Assembly (NCBI RefSeq): GCF_963921235.1
Contig: NC_086103.1
Coordinates: 147,188,001 to 147,252,000, forward strand
DNA from: Mobula hypostoma
Lineage: Eukaryota
Reading direction: 5' to 3'
DNA length: 64,000 nucleotides
Each line of letters opens with the position of its first letter. The stretch's first letter is position 1. The notes beneath the pieces are model-generated. The model saw only the letters and a program-made list of their open reading frames with translations, did no database searches and had not been told where the DNA came from. Made by a program: the position numbers and the translations under genes. Shown piece by piece: positions 13,670 through 26,100 of this stretch.

Positions 13670-13830
13670 AAAGCCACGAATGTCCAACCGCTCATAACGA
13701 TAAACACGGAACGTATGACTGAGCGCTCACCGACCGCGCATGCGCGCAGACCCGTCCGGGCCGTTCCAACCCACGTGACGGTTCGGTGCACGCAAAGCCG
13801 CGGCGTGTGACGTCATGGGGTCATGTCCGT
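13670..13830 (+). promoter_or_regulatory. GTF3A CpG-island promoter with NRF1, E-box and CRE motifs
   Basis: CpG-dense in an otherwise CpG-poor window; CGCGCATGCGCG 13735-13746, CACGTGAC 13772-13779, TGACGTCA 13808-13815; no TATA box seen. Confidence 0.8.
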
Positions 13831-13933
13831 TGGTAACCATGCTGTGAAGCTGGCAGCGGGAAGTTTGCGGAGTCTGGATAGAAGAGGCGTACGCATGGAG
13901 TACGGAGCTGGCGAGGAGAGTCGAGCAGCGGCC

Positions 13934-14188
13934 ATGGAGGAGAAGGCAACAATAGCAGCGGCGGCGACGAACGCCGGTGTCAGTGAGGATGATGATGACA
14001 AGGAGGAGGCCGCCTCAGAACCGGGGTCAACTGTGGCTTGTGCTGACGGAGCGGCGAAGTTGACGGAAGGACCTGGACAGACACGGCGTAAATTCTCGGG
14101 GAGCCTCTTCATTTGCTCTTTTGGCTGCGGAGCCACGTTTTCCAAGAACTGGCGGCTAGAAGCTCATCTATGCAGGCACACGGGGGAG
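13934..14188 (+). CDS. GTF3A: GTF3A coding exon 1 (acidic N-terminus and finger 1)
   Basis: gccATGG Kozak context at 13934; ...[27 protein letters not shown] followed by donor gtagga at 14189. Confidence 0.88.
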
Positions 14189-17100
14189 GTAGGAGCGGCG
14201 TTTGCTCGGTCTGGTTTGGATGTCTGCAGGGCAGTAGCAAGTCATTTGGAAAGAGTAGAAAAGCATGCAGAACATTACTCAGCGGGCTTCCTGTCATCGG
14301 CAGCACGGGAAGGGAAGAGAAGTCATGAATTGAGCCAGCGATTGGGCAGTAAACCTCTGGGGAGGTACTTTTTTTTGTACAATGGAAATAAACAAAAAGT
14401 AGCAGGTAGGTGAAGCAAATAGTTAAGAGAAATGACATTGATCTTTATAGAAAAGGGGTTGTTGTTTGGAAATAAGGAAGCATTGTTATATTTGTAGTGG
14501 ATGTTCGTGAGGTTACACCTGAACAACTACTTGCCGTCCCCTTATATAAGAAGGCATAAAGTAGGACTGGAAGAAGTAACCTGATGAATTCCTGGCAAAA
14601 GTGGCATATTCTACCGAGAAAGACTAAAGACGTTGGCTGTGCATTCTTTGGCGCTCAGTAGAATGAGACTGATCTAATTAAAACCTGCAGAATTCCAAGG
14701 GGTTACAGTAGCATTGACATAAATTCTGGCACAGGAGAAGTTGAGGTCTGGAGTAGATCAGTCATTATATGGAAAGCTTGAGTTAGCTTGAGGGCCTGGT
14801 GGAAGATAGAATAGAAGTTACTAAACAGACAAATGAATGGAGAACAAAAGAATGACCTCATAAGCTTTGACTATTACAGAGTGGAACTGGGAATTGCCTT
14901 GATGGAGAGTTGTGCTTAGGGGATTTGAGGCTCTGAAGCCTGAGCCTGGGGTGGTCCAGGGTAGAATAAATGGGTAAGAAATGTCTGCTGGAAAAATTGT
15001 GCCCCTCTGGTATAGTGGTGAGACTGTGCAAAAGCTAGTCAGGGGATAAAGTGGTAGACAGCGAGAACAAGTTCAATAAATCAGGATAGCCAAGGGTGCA
15101 ATAAAGGCAAAGGAAGGAATACTCATTAAACTGAACTAATCTTAATGCACAAGGAATAACAGTTAAGGCGGGCAAATTCAGAGCATGGATTGGCCCTAAG
15201 GACTAGGATGTTATCGCCATCGACAAAAACATGCTTGAGAAACGAGCAGGACTGGCAGCTCACTGTTCCAGGATCCACATGATGTGCATGTGACAAAATG
15301 AACTTAATCTTTAATGGATGCCACAGGCATGACAGAGGTACAAGAAAGGGGAAGCTGTTACATTCTCCCGTTTTCCATAAGAGAGAATGTAACAGCACTG
15401 TTTAGAGACGACATTCTTGGGGGATCGTCCAGTGAGTTCATATGGTTAGAACTTGGTATAAGGGGTCACGCTATTGGGTAATTGAATCCCCTTTCCATCC
15501 CTCCCAAAAAAAGTCAGTAGGGATTTGAGTGAGTGTTTTTAGAATAATATGGCTATATTTGTGGGAGATTTTATTTTCCCCAATATTAACTGTACTACTT
15601 AGACGAGTATTAAGATTCTGGACAGGCTGGAATTTGTGAAATATGTCTAACAAAGTTTCCTGAGTCAATACACAGGGGTCCTATTTGGAAGGGTGCAATT
15701 CTAGACCTTGGGGAATGAGGCAGGGCAAGAATCTGAAGTGGCAAGCAAAGCCGAGGTTATTGTTACTGAAATGTGTTGTGGCGGCAGTACAGGCATAACA
15801 AATTACTCTCAAGTTAGAATGAAAATAATGAATAGGGCAAAAGAGGAATAGTGAGGCAGTGTTCATGGGTTCGTTCATGGCCCGTCAGAGTTCTGCCAGA
15901 GGATAAGAAGCTATTCCTAAAATGTTGAATATGGGTCTTCAGGCTCTAGTACCCACCCCCTGTTAGTGGTAATGAGAAGAGGGCATGACCCTGATAGTGA
16001 GTGCCATTAATGATGGATGCTGCCTCCTTGGGGCACCCCTTAATGTGCTCGACGTCGGAGAGGCTTGCGTCTGTGATGGAAATGGCTGAGTCTGCATGGC
16101 TCTGAGATCCTGGCACCTCTGTACGAGATGGTGATGCAACCGGTCAGAATGCTCTCCGTTGTACATCTATAGAAATTTGCTTAATTTGGTGATGCGCCAA
16201 ATCTCCTTAAGCTCCGAGTGAAGTATAGACACTGGCTGCTTTTGTCATGATTGCATCAATATGTTGGGCCAAGGATAGATCCTCTGAGGTTGACACCTAG
16301 GAACTTGAAACTGCTCACCCTTTCAGTCACTGTCTCCTCAACGAGGATTGGTGTTTGTTCTCCCAAATTCCCCTCCCTGAAGTTCAGGACTGATTGTGGA
16401 CTTCAGGAACTGGAAATTGGGTGAGCCTGTTTGAAAGGAAAAGAAATACAAGCAGGATTCTTTCAAGTGTAATATCAAGAGTCCACAAGTAGCATGCTTC
16501 CGTTAAGGTGAAGGCTAAATCTGGCAAGTTTACAGAACTTTCGTTCGTGAGGAAAGATGTGGTTAAGTTGGTAAGTTCAGAAAAAGATTGAGGATGATGT
16601 CAGGCCTAGAGGGCTTGAGTTATAGGGAGAGGTTGGCCAGGTTAGGTCTTTATTCCTTGGAACGTAGATTGAAGGCTGATCTTGTAGAAATGTTTAAACT
16701 ATGAACTGTGTAGATAAGGTGGATGGTTAAGTATTTTCCCTGTGGTAGGGGAGTCCAACACTTGGGGCCAGGTTTTATGTTGAGGGGGTAAATATTTAAA
16801 ATACCTGAGGGGCAACTTTTTCATGTGGGGAGTGATCTGCATATAGAATAATCTGCAAGAGGAAGTGGTCAAGGCAAATGCAACAGTAGCATTAAAGGAT
16901 AGGTACATACAGGGATGGTGCTTAGAGGGATATGGGCCAACTCCAGGAAATTGGATCCAGCTGGGTGGGCCCAGTGGTTAGCATATATTGGTAGGGTTGA
17001 GGAGCCTGTATCCGTACTATATTGCTCTATAGCTCTAAAATACAAACTTCGATCTTGGTTTTTTCCAGTCCTGATGAAGGGTTTTGGCCCAAAACGTCGA

Positions 17101-20100
17101 CTGTACTTTTTTCCATAGATGCTGCCTGGCCTGCTGAGTTCTTCCAGCATTTTCTGTACGTTGCTTGAATCTTCAGCATCTGCGGATTTTCTCTTGTTTT
17201 TGATCTTGGTTTAACTGGGGGCATTTCTAGCTCAATCATAACAAAAGATAAGAGTGACAAGACAGGCTTAGAAATGGCCATGAGGAATGATGGTAAAATA
17301 GTGGTAGGTTGGTTTGGTGAACCTGTTGCAATTTTAGTTCTGCTGTGTAGCATACAATTACAAAGTACATAACTCTTAGGAGAAAGAGTTGGCCATTTGA
17401 CCCTTTGAATTTGCTCCAGCATTGAGCAAATTCATGGCTGATCCTCTACCTCAATTTCTTTCTCTTATATTAACTTTACCATTCCCGTTTGAAAGAAGTC
17501 GGTGACTAGGTATTCATATCTCCCTCAGTAAAGAATGGGTCATTGAATGAAGAAATATCTCACTTCATCCTGGATGCCATCTGACACACTGCCTTTAGGA
17601 TTTAGATATCTCAGCTGGAACAAGCCTCCTTGCATTGGCCCTTTTGAAATTTATAAGTTTCAGTGATGTTGCTCCTGTTCTCGAGAGAAGAGGCTAGCCT
17701 GCGCAGTCTTGCCTCAAACAGAAAAATCTGCCATCATAGGAAACAGTCCAAATCTTTCTTATACTCTTGATGGTAAATATATTGTTTTGAACTTAAGAAG
17801 TCCAATCAGTATTCTAAGTGTGATCTTGTCAAGGCCCAATATAATTGCTGCAACATCTTTGTTCTTGTACTCAAATCTAGCAGTAAAGGCCATGACACCG
17901 TCTATGTTCAGAATCAGGTTTATTATCACCAGCATGTGACATGAAATTTGTTAACTTAGCAGCAGCAGTTCAATGCAATGCATAATACAGTCGGCCCTCC
18001 TTATCTGCGGGGGATTGGTTCCGGGACCCCCCGCAGACAGCAAAAAATGAGGATGCTCAATTCCCTTATTTAACCTGTCTCATTGCGGGTGGACTTTCCG
18101 TGGTGTTTCTGTTCCGTTGACGGAAAACGATCACGATTGAAAATAAAGTGGAAATAATAAAGCGATCGGAAAGAGGTGAAATGCCATCGGTCATTGGAAA
18201 AGCGTTAGGCTACTGTCGGTCAACGATCGGAACAATTTTAAAGAATAATGGAGCATGTGAAAGGCCCTACCCTGATGAAAGTTACAATTATTACTAAGCA
18301 ACACAGTGGTTTAATTATTGAAATACATGCGTTTCTTAAGCGTTTTGTATGAATAGAAAGGTAAAATATATATTATATATTAAGACAAATGTTTGACTAA
18401 CTGACGCTAAATAATACCGGATGTACCTGTTCCGACTTGTGTACAAANNNNNNNNNNNNNNNNNNNNNNNNNNNNNNNNNNNNNNNNNNNNNNNNNNNNN
18501 NNNNNNNNNNNNNNNNNNNNNNNNNNNNNNNNNNNNNNNNNNNNNNNNNNNNNNNNNNNNNNNNNNNNNNNNNNNNNNNNNNNNNNNNNNNNNNNNNGCT
18601 AGAGAGAGAACTTCCGGTTTTCCCGGTCCGCGGTTGGTTGAATCTGCGCATGTAGAACCCGCGGATAAGGAGGGCCGACTGTAGAAAAAAATAAATGAAA
18701 TAAAATAATAATTAAGTAAATCATTTACAGTATATGTATATTGAATAGATTAAAAACATGCAAAAACAAATACTGTATATTTTTAAAAAGTGAGGTAGTG
18801 TCCAAGGGTTCAATGTCCATTTAGGAATCGGATGGCAGAGGGGAAGAAGCTGTTGCGCTGAGTGAGTGCGCCTTCAGGCTTCTGTACCTACTACCTGATG
18901 GTAACAGTGAGACAAGGGCATGCCCTGGATGCTGGGGTCCTTAATAATGGACGCTGCCTTTCTGAGACACTGCTCCCTGAAGATGTCCTGGATACTTTGT
19001 AGGCTTGTACCCAAGATGGAGCTGACTAGATTTACAACCCTCTGCAGCTGCTTTTGGTCCTCAATAGCTCCCTCATTCAGAGAGTGATGCAGCCTGTCAG
19101 AATGCTCTCCACGGTACATCTATAGAAGTTTTTGAGTGTATTTGTTGACATGTCAAATCTCTTCAAACTCCTAATGAAGTATAGCCACTGACTTGCCTTC
19201 TTTATAACCACGTCAATATGTTGGAACCTGGTTAGATCCTCAGAGAGATCTTAACACCCAGGAACTTGAAACTACTCACTCACTCCACTTCTGATCCCTC
19301 TATAAGGATTGGTATGTGTTCCTTCGTCTTACCCTTTCTGAAGTCCACAATCAGCTCTTTCATCTTACTGACGTTGAGTGCCAGGTTGTTGCTGCGACAC
19401 CACACCACTAGTTGGCATATTTCACTCCTGTACGGCCTCTCATCACCACCTGAGATTCTACCAACAACGGATGTATCGTCAGCAAATTTATAGATGGTAT
19501 TTGAGTTATGCCTAGCCACACAGTCATGTGTATAGAGAGAGTAGAGCAGTGGGCTAAGCACACACCCCTGAGGTGCACCTGCGTTGACGAGGAGGATATG
19601 TTATCACCAATCTGCACAGATTGTGGTCTTCTGGTTAGGAAGTCGAGGATCCAATTGCAGAGGAAGGTACAGAGGCCCAGGTTCTGCAACTCCTAATTCC
19701 TTTCTGCACGTACACATTAACTTTCAGTGTGTACAAAGGCATTTAATTCCCTTCTAAAGTAATTTTCCAACCTGTCACTAATATATGGTTTACTTTTCTA
19801 TTGTGCATTGAAGTGCACACTCGCATCATACTTCCTCTGTCATACTTTTGTTTGCTCAATTAGCTTTTCTATATCTCCATGAAGCCTCTCTATAGCCTCA
19901 TTACTTGAGATCTACCTAGTATGTACAATCAGAAAAATTGAAAATATGACACTTGGTCTCTGTAAAATTGTGATGAGCTGGACTGAGGAACTGTCGCCCC
20001 ACTGGTCACAGCTTTCCAACATGGGAAGGATGAATTTGTTCTCATTCAAGAGAAAATCTGCAGGTGCTGGAAAACCAGGCAATGCACGCAAAATGCTGGA

Positions 20101-23100
20101 GGAACTCATCGGGCCAGGCAGGATCTATGGAGTGTAAACAGTTGATGTTTTGGGCTGAGAACCTTCATCAGAACTGGGGAAAAGACAAGAAGTCAGAGTA
20201 AGATGGTGGTTGAGGGGGGAGGGGAGGACGATATACAAGGAAGTAGGTGATGGGTGATGTGTGGGGGGGGTGAAGTAAAGAGCTGGGAAGTCGATTGGTG
20301 AGAGATACAGGGCTGGAGAACGGGAATCTGGTAGGAAAGGATAGAAAACCATGGAGGAAAGGGAAAGGGGAGGAGCAACAGAGGGACGTGATGGGCAGGT
20401 AAGGAGTTAAAGTGAGAGAGGGAAATGGGAATGGTGAGTGTTGTGGGGATTACCAAAAATTTGAGAAATCGATGTTCATGCCATCAGATTGGAGGTCACC
20501 CAGATGGAATACAAGGTGTTGCTCCTCCAACCTGAGTGTGTCCTCATCGTGGCAGTAGAGGAGGCTGTGGACTTGCATATGGGAAGTGGAATTAAAACAG
20601 TGGCCACTGGGAGATCCTGCTTTTTCTGGCAGACGAAGCGTCGGTGCTTGGCGAAGTGGTCTCCCAATTTACGCCGGGTCCCACTGATATACAAGAAGCC
20701 GCACCGGGAGCACTGGATACAGTAGACGACCCCCCAACAGACTTGCAGGTGAAGTGTCGCCTCTCCTGGAAAGAGTGCTTGGGGCTCTGAATGGTAGTGA
20801 GGGAGGAGGTGTCAGAGGAGTTCCAGCACTTGTTCCGCTTGCAAGGATAAGTGCCAGGAGGGGAGATCAGTGGGAGGGACAAATGGACAAGGGAGTCGTG
20901 TAGGGAGCGATCCTGCTGGAAAGTGGAGGAGAGGGAAAGATGTGCTTGGTGTGGGATCCAATTGGAGATGGCGGAAGTTACAAAGGACTATGTGCCGGAC
21001 ATGGAGGCTGATGGGGTGGTAAGTGAAGACAAGATTTTTCTTTTAAGTCTTTTGACTTGACTTTTTCCTTTCGTAATCTTATTCTGACTCAATCCTGTTA
21101 TTCATTTTTTTGTTGGTATACAATTAATAAATTCCTTGGATTACAACATATCCCTTCTTCCTAATGTTAGAATAACATGTTAGTTCTTTCTTAAATCGCA
21201 AGTCACATTTTCTATCCTCAGATCTTCAGAAACCATTATAGAATTGATAAAATTTTCTGAGTTCTTTCAAAATTCTGTAATATAGATAACATGTCCTTGG
21301 ACTTAATTAGGTTCCATTCTCACTAATGACTCTAATAAACATTTTAATTCTAATTTTCTTCAGTCCCTTAAATTCTTCAACACTGCATCTCTTTGTAGAG
21401 AAGTTGCATTAGATTAAACATTCAATTACTCTAGGACTAGAAAATTGCATTTTTTTTTGGTCAATCGTGGAGTAAACGTTAGGAAAATGTGTAGGAACAT
21501 GTAATGGGGATTAAGATATGACCAACTGCATTAAATAGTAAAGCAGGCTCAAAAAACCATGGCATTTCCCTGCTATTTCTTATGTCAGTACTTCTGAATA
21601 GCAGGTGAAAATTGTTAAAATATAGTGACTTAGAAGTCACTAATAATCCTCTTTGAGATGATCCTTAGATGAAAGAGTGATGAACTGTTTTGGCAGGAGA
21701 CACCAAGCCTTGAGCAGGATTGGGTAAAGAATGATTAGACCAATTGAATGTCATTATCTTCAAATATAAACTTGAGGGATCTTTGGCAGTTATATAATTG
21801 AGGGCTGCAGAAACAACAAGAATGGAAGAATAGGTGTTTTGCTGAAGATGAAGTTAGGGGGTGAAAGTAACTGAACAAAAAAAAGTCAGATTAAACAATT
21901 GAGAATTTGAAAGAGGGCTGTTGTATGTGAAGAATTCTCCAGGTAAAGCTTTTTTGACTTTATTGCCTGGGGATTGAAAACGGAGCTGGTAATGTCATAA
22001 AACAATGATCCTGATGCTTTTTTTTTCTCTCTCCTCCCCCCCCCAAAGAAACCATTTGCTTGTGAATATGAAGGTTGTAATAAAAGCTATTCTAGAAAAG
22101 GTCATCTTGCAAGGCACATTCTGATTCATAAAGGAGAAAAACCATTCAGGTCAGTGTATGTGTTAAGGTAATTTCTATTGTGGTATTCTTTAAAGTTGTA
22201 AAAGAAAAGTATTAAAGATTTGATATTATAACTTCTGTTAAATGTATACAAACCCTTGCCCAGAAGTTTGTTACAGGACTTGGAGTAGAAGATGTTCTCT
22301 GTGTTCTTGACTGTGTCTTGTTGGTTTCCTGCACTATTGCCCTAAGCTTGTCAAAATGCATAGTTTTGTAGCATCTTGATATTGCAAACACCACTACAAC
22401 TTTAAAAAAAGGACAACAGATATTTTTCAATAAATGTTAAATTCTTAGTCTGAATATGGGCAAGTTATCAAGTCTGATTTGAGCAATCAATACAGATCTG
22501 ACCGATTCAGGTTTCCTAAAACTTCTGCTTTATTTCTACATACAATGGATTCCAGTTAATTGGGCCACTTTGGGTCCAGTACATTTTGGCCCAATTAATT
22601 AGCCAAAATTTCATGGAAATGGGTAAAAGGTTAAAAAAGGACTACTGTTACTGTTTAACTGAGTAACAGTTTGTGTATTTAAATGAAATACAGAACAAAA
22701 TAGAACACTACCAATACTTCTACAGTGCTTTCAAACTGGCCATTGGTTCCTAATAGTTATTGATGGAGGTATTCATCAGCTGTGTTCTTTTAATTGAGTG
22801 CAAATGAGTAAAATCAGCAGAGACACCTAGTGCAGATAATGGACTGCCTTCATACAATATTTTAGACAATTGCATCTTCTAAACCTTCATTTTCATTGTA
22901 ACAGCCAAGATGATTGTCTATACTTTCATAATTCGTAACGTTGAAGTAATGAAATCATTTCATTTTCACTCCTGTCCGTTTCTGGTATCTACAAGGCTGA
23001 ATCCTTGAAACTGTGGTCAGTGAAACAGATCTGAATTGTCTTGCTGCTTATTTCTAGCCAATGATTAATACAAACAAATGCAACTGACACTATTTTAAAA

Positions 23101-26100
23101 ACTCTTCACTCTAAGCATGCAGTGTTACCCAACAGCCACACAAGTGCATGAGACTGACGCTGGCTAGAACCTGTTTGGCAACAGTCCTCTGCCCCAATTA
23201 AGTGCCATAGTGTCCCAAATAAAAGGCTTGCCCCAATTAAGTGATGACCCAATTAATTGGAATTCACTGTAGTCCAAAATCCATTTTTAATCATTTGAAT
23301 ACAATTTTGGGTTGATTTTTTGGGATATTTCAAGGAACAGTATTGTGAACCTGCAATTGGGCCAACATAAACTGTCTCAAATGCGTTAAAGTATTTTTTT
23401 AAAAATCAGTTTTAGAATAATAAACACTTGCACATGCTTGTAAACAATTAAAACACACCACCAAACTAAATTCAAATTAAAAAGTTTACAAGCCATTATT
23501 CCAGCAACTATTTCTTCCCATAATCTCAAAGGACTGCTGCACTTTCATGAAGTACAGTCGGCCCTCCTTATCCGCGAGGGATTGGTTCCGGGACCCCTCA
23601 GGGATACCAAAAAACGCGGATGCTCAAGTTCCTTATTAAACCTGTCTAAATACGTTGGACCTTAGGACCCAGCGGAACCCCGGACTTTATTTAACCTGTT
23701 TCAGTGCGGTGGACATTAGGACCCAGTGGCGGTGCTCTGAATCCGCAGTGTTTCTGTTCATGAAAGTAAACACGATCGCGATTTAAAATAAAGTGGAAAT
23801 AATAAAGCGATCAGAAAGAGGTGAAACGCCATCGGTCATTGGAAAAGCATTAGACTACAGTCGGTCAACAAAAAGTGAGAAAGGCCCTGCCTGACTAAAG
23901 CTACAATTATTACTAAGCAACGCCGTGGTTTAATTATTGGGTTTTGGGTTTTTGTTCCTCCACATCAACCCGGCATGGATGGAGAGTGCGCTCAGGAGCG
24001 AGCTGTCACTGGATCGAGCTCAGGAATTTCCGTTCCGGAGCCCGGCACTGAAACATACATTTCTTAAGTGTTTTATATGCATAGAAAGGTAAAACATATA
24101 CTATATACTAAGACAAACGTTTGACTAACTGACGCTAAATAATACCGGATGTACCTGTTCTGACTTAAGAGAACTTCCGGTTTTTTTTCNNNNNNNNNNN
24201 NNNNNNNNNNNNNNNNNNNNNNNNNNNNNNNNNNNNNNNNNNNNNNNNNNNNNNNNNNNNNNNNNNNNNNNNNNNNNNNNNNNNNNNNNNNNNNNNNNNN
24301 NNNNNNNNNNNNNNNNNNNNNNNNNNNNNNNNNNNNNNNNNNNNNNNNNNNNNNNNNNNNNNNNNNAGAGCACTTCCGGGTTTTCTCGATTCGTGGTTGG
24401 TTGAATTCGCACATGCGGAACTCGTAGATAACAAGGGCTGACTGTAAACTTGTCCTGTCCCTGGACAGTAGGAGGAAGGAAAAGACTATTTTTCACAGGT
24501 GTCTCGGGGTAGATCCTTAGACCCTTATCTGCTTTTGCTCGGGAATGTAATTTTTCCTGATGATATTTTTAAAAGCAGGCACAATGGACAGGGATAGAGA
24601 AATGTAAATGTTTAAGACTTCTACCATGGGTAATTATGCCCAACAATGCTGATCTAGATGCACTAGATTCTGTTATATCACAATCATACGATGTCCCTGA
24701 GTGATTAGTTTTGATTTAAGCATAATACCAGGGGAGTGCAGAAGTTTTACAACTGAAAATCAACATTAATCTTGGATATAGAATGGTGCAGGATCAAACA
24801 GTTGCCAAACTAAACTAATCCCTTCTCCCTGTACGTGATCCATATTCTGCTTGTTGGCTGCCACTGTCTTGTGCTTTTACTACTACCCCTAGCAGCATTT
24901 GCCCTGTTCATCCCTTAAAATTTCCTGCTCTTGCATTAAAGTTATGCCCTCTTGTATTCAATGTTTCTACTCGGGGCAGGGTGGGAGAGGAAAGGATTCT
25001 GGCAGTCTATCCTAGCTATGCCCCTCATAGTTTTACAAACTTCCATCAAGTATGGGAGATGATAAATTTTTCAAGAGCGAGTGAGTATTGCGTAGTGATC
25101 AAAAATGGAGCAAGAGTGTAAAATGATGGCTTTAGGAAGAGAACCAGAGACCTCAGGACCACAACAGCTGAAGATTTTTCCACCATGTGGAGTATGGAGA
25201 GATCATACAAACACTGGGTTGGTGTCAAAGTATGTGTGAATAAGCCAAAACACAAGGCTGCTGCCACTTCTACAAAGTAAGATAACAAAATTGATGGATT
25301 TTTGACACTGAAACGACCAATGTAGTAAGAATGAAATTGTTGGGAGGTTGGGAAACAGTTTAGAGTTTCCAGGCCAGAGGACTCAATTGGGCAGTTCTGG
25401 CAAAATTCATTCTCAAGTGAAGGATCATTGTATGACATGTTAAGATTATTTTTAGCTTTGAACTTTGCAGAATCTTTTAACAATCCTTCATCCTTTAACA
25501 ATTAATGCCTTTCAGATGTACAGATGAAAGATGTAATCAAACATTCACAACAAAAGATAACTTAAAGAAGCATCTGTCAAGAAAGCATGACAACAAAGAG
25601 AAGCTTTATTTGGTAATTAATCCTCTATCCTTGACTGTTTCTTAAACTTTAAAATTACCAGTGTGTATTTAAATAGAAATCCTGAATAGAACATTCCAAA
25701 CTGACAACAAATACTAGTTGTGTCTGTGTTGTTTGTTCTGAATGAGTTTGTTGAGCCACTTTTCCCCAAAGTAAAAGCAGGCAGAAAATTGAAGTGTTTT
25801 TGACAGTTATCCCCATCTTTTTCTGAAACTAAGTAAGTACACTTCTATGGGTGTTAGGCTGCTTTTATGTAGTAGTTCTATTTAGTTGATGCATGGATGA
25901 AAGAATGGAAAAATTAATAGCTGTTCTGGTGCGTCACTATTAAAGGCTATTGCATAGTGATCAAGAATGAATATCCTGGAAAATAGTTTTCTGGTCCATG
26001 GAGTTAATCTCTTGATCAGGCAAAAGGCCATTATTGGTTTATATCAACTTAAGAGGGCATTTTAAAAAGAGAACCTTGGGGAATATAGTATCTGAATGCC

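Larger units (their letters stand above)
17907..19695 (-). mobile_element. Rex1/Babar-like LINE fragment hosting a Tigger MITE
   Basis: [13 protein letters not shown]...[23 protein letters not shown]; aataaacctgattctga tail. Confidence 0.82.

Noticed and set aside
13813-14145. 110-aa antisense ORF over GTF3A exon 1
   Set aside because: Shadow of a GC-rich coding exon; low complexity and no recognisable domain
14189-14413. Continuation of the 196-aa ORF past HTGE
   Set aside because: Intron 1 read-through; the finger linker continues at 22049 after a good donor
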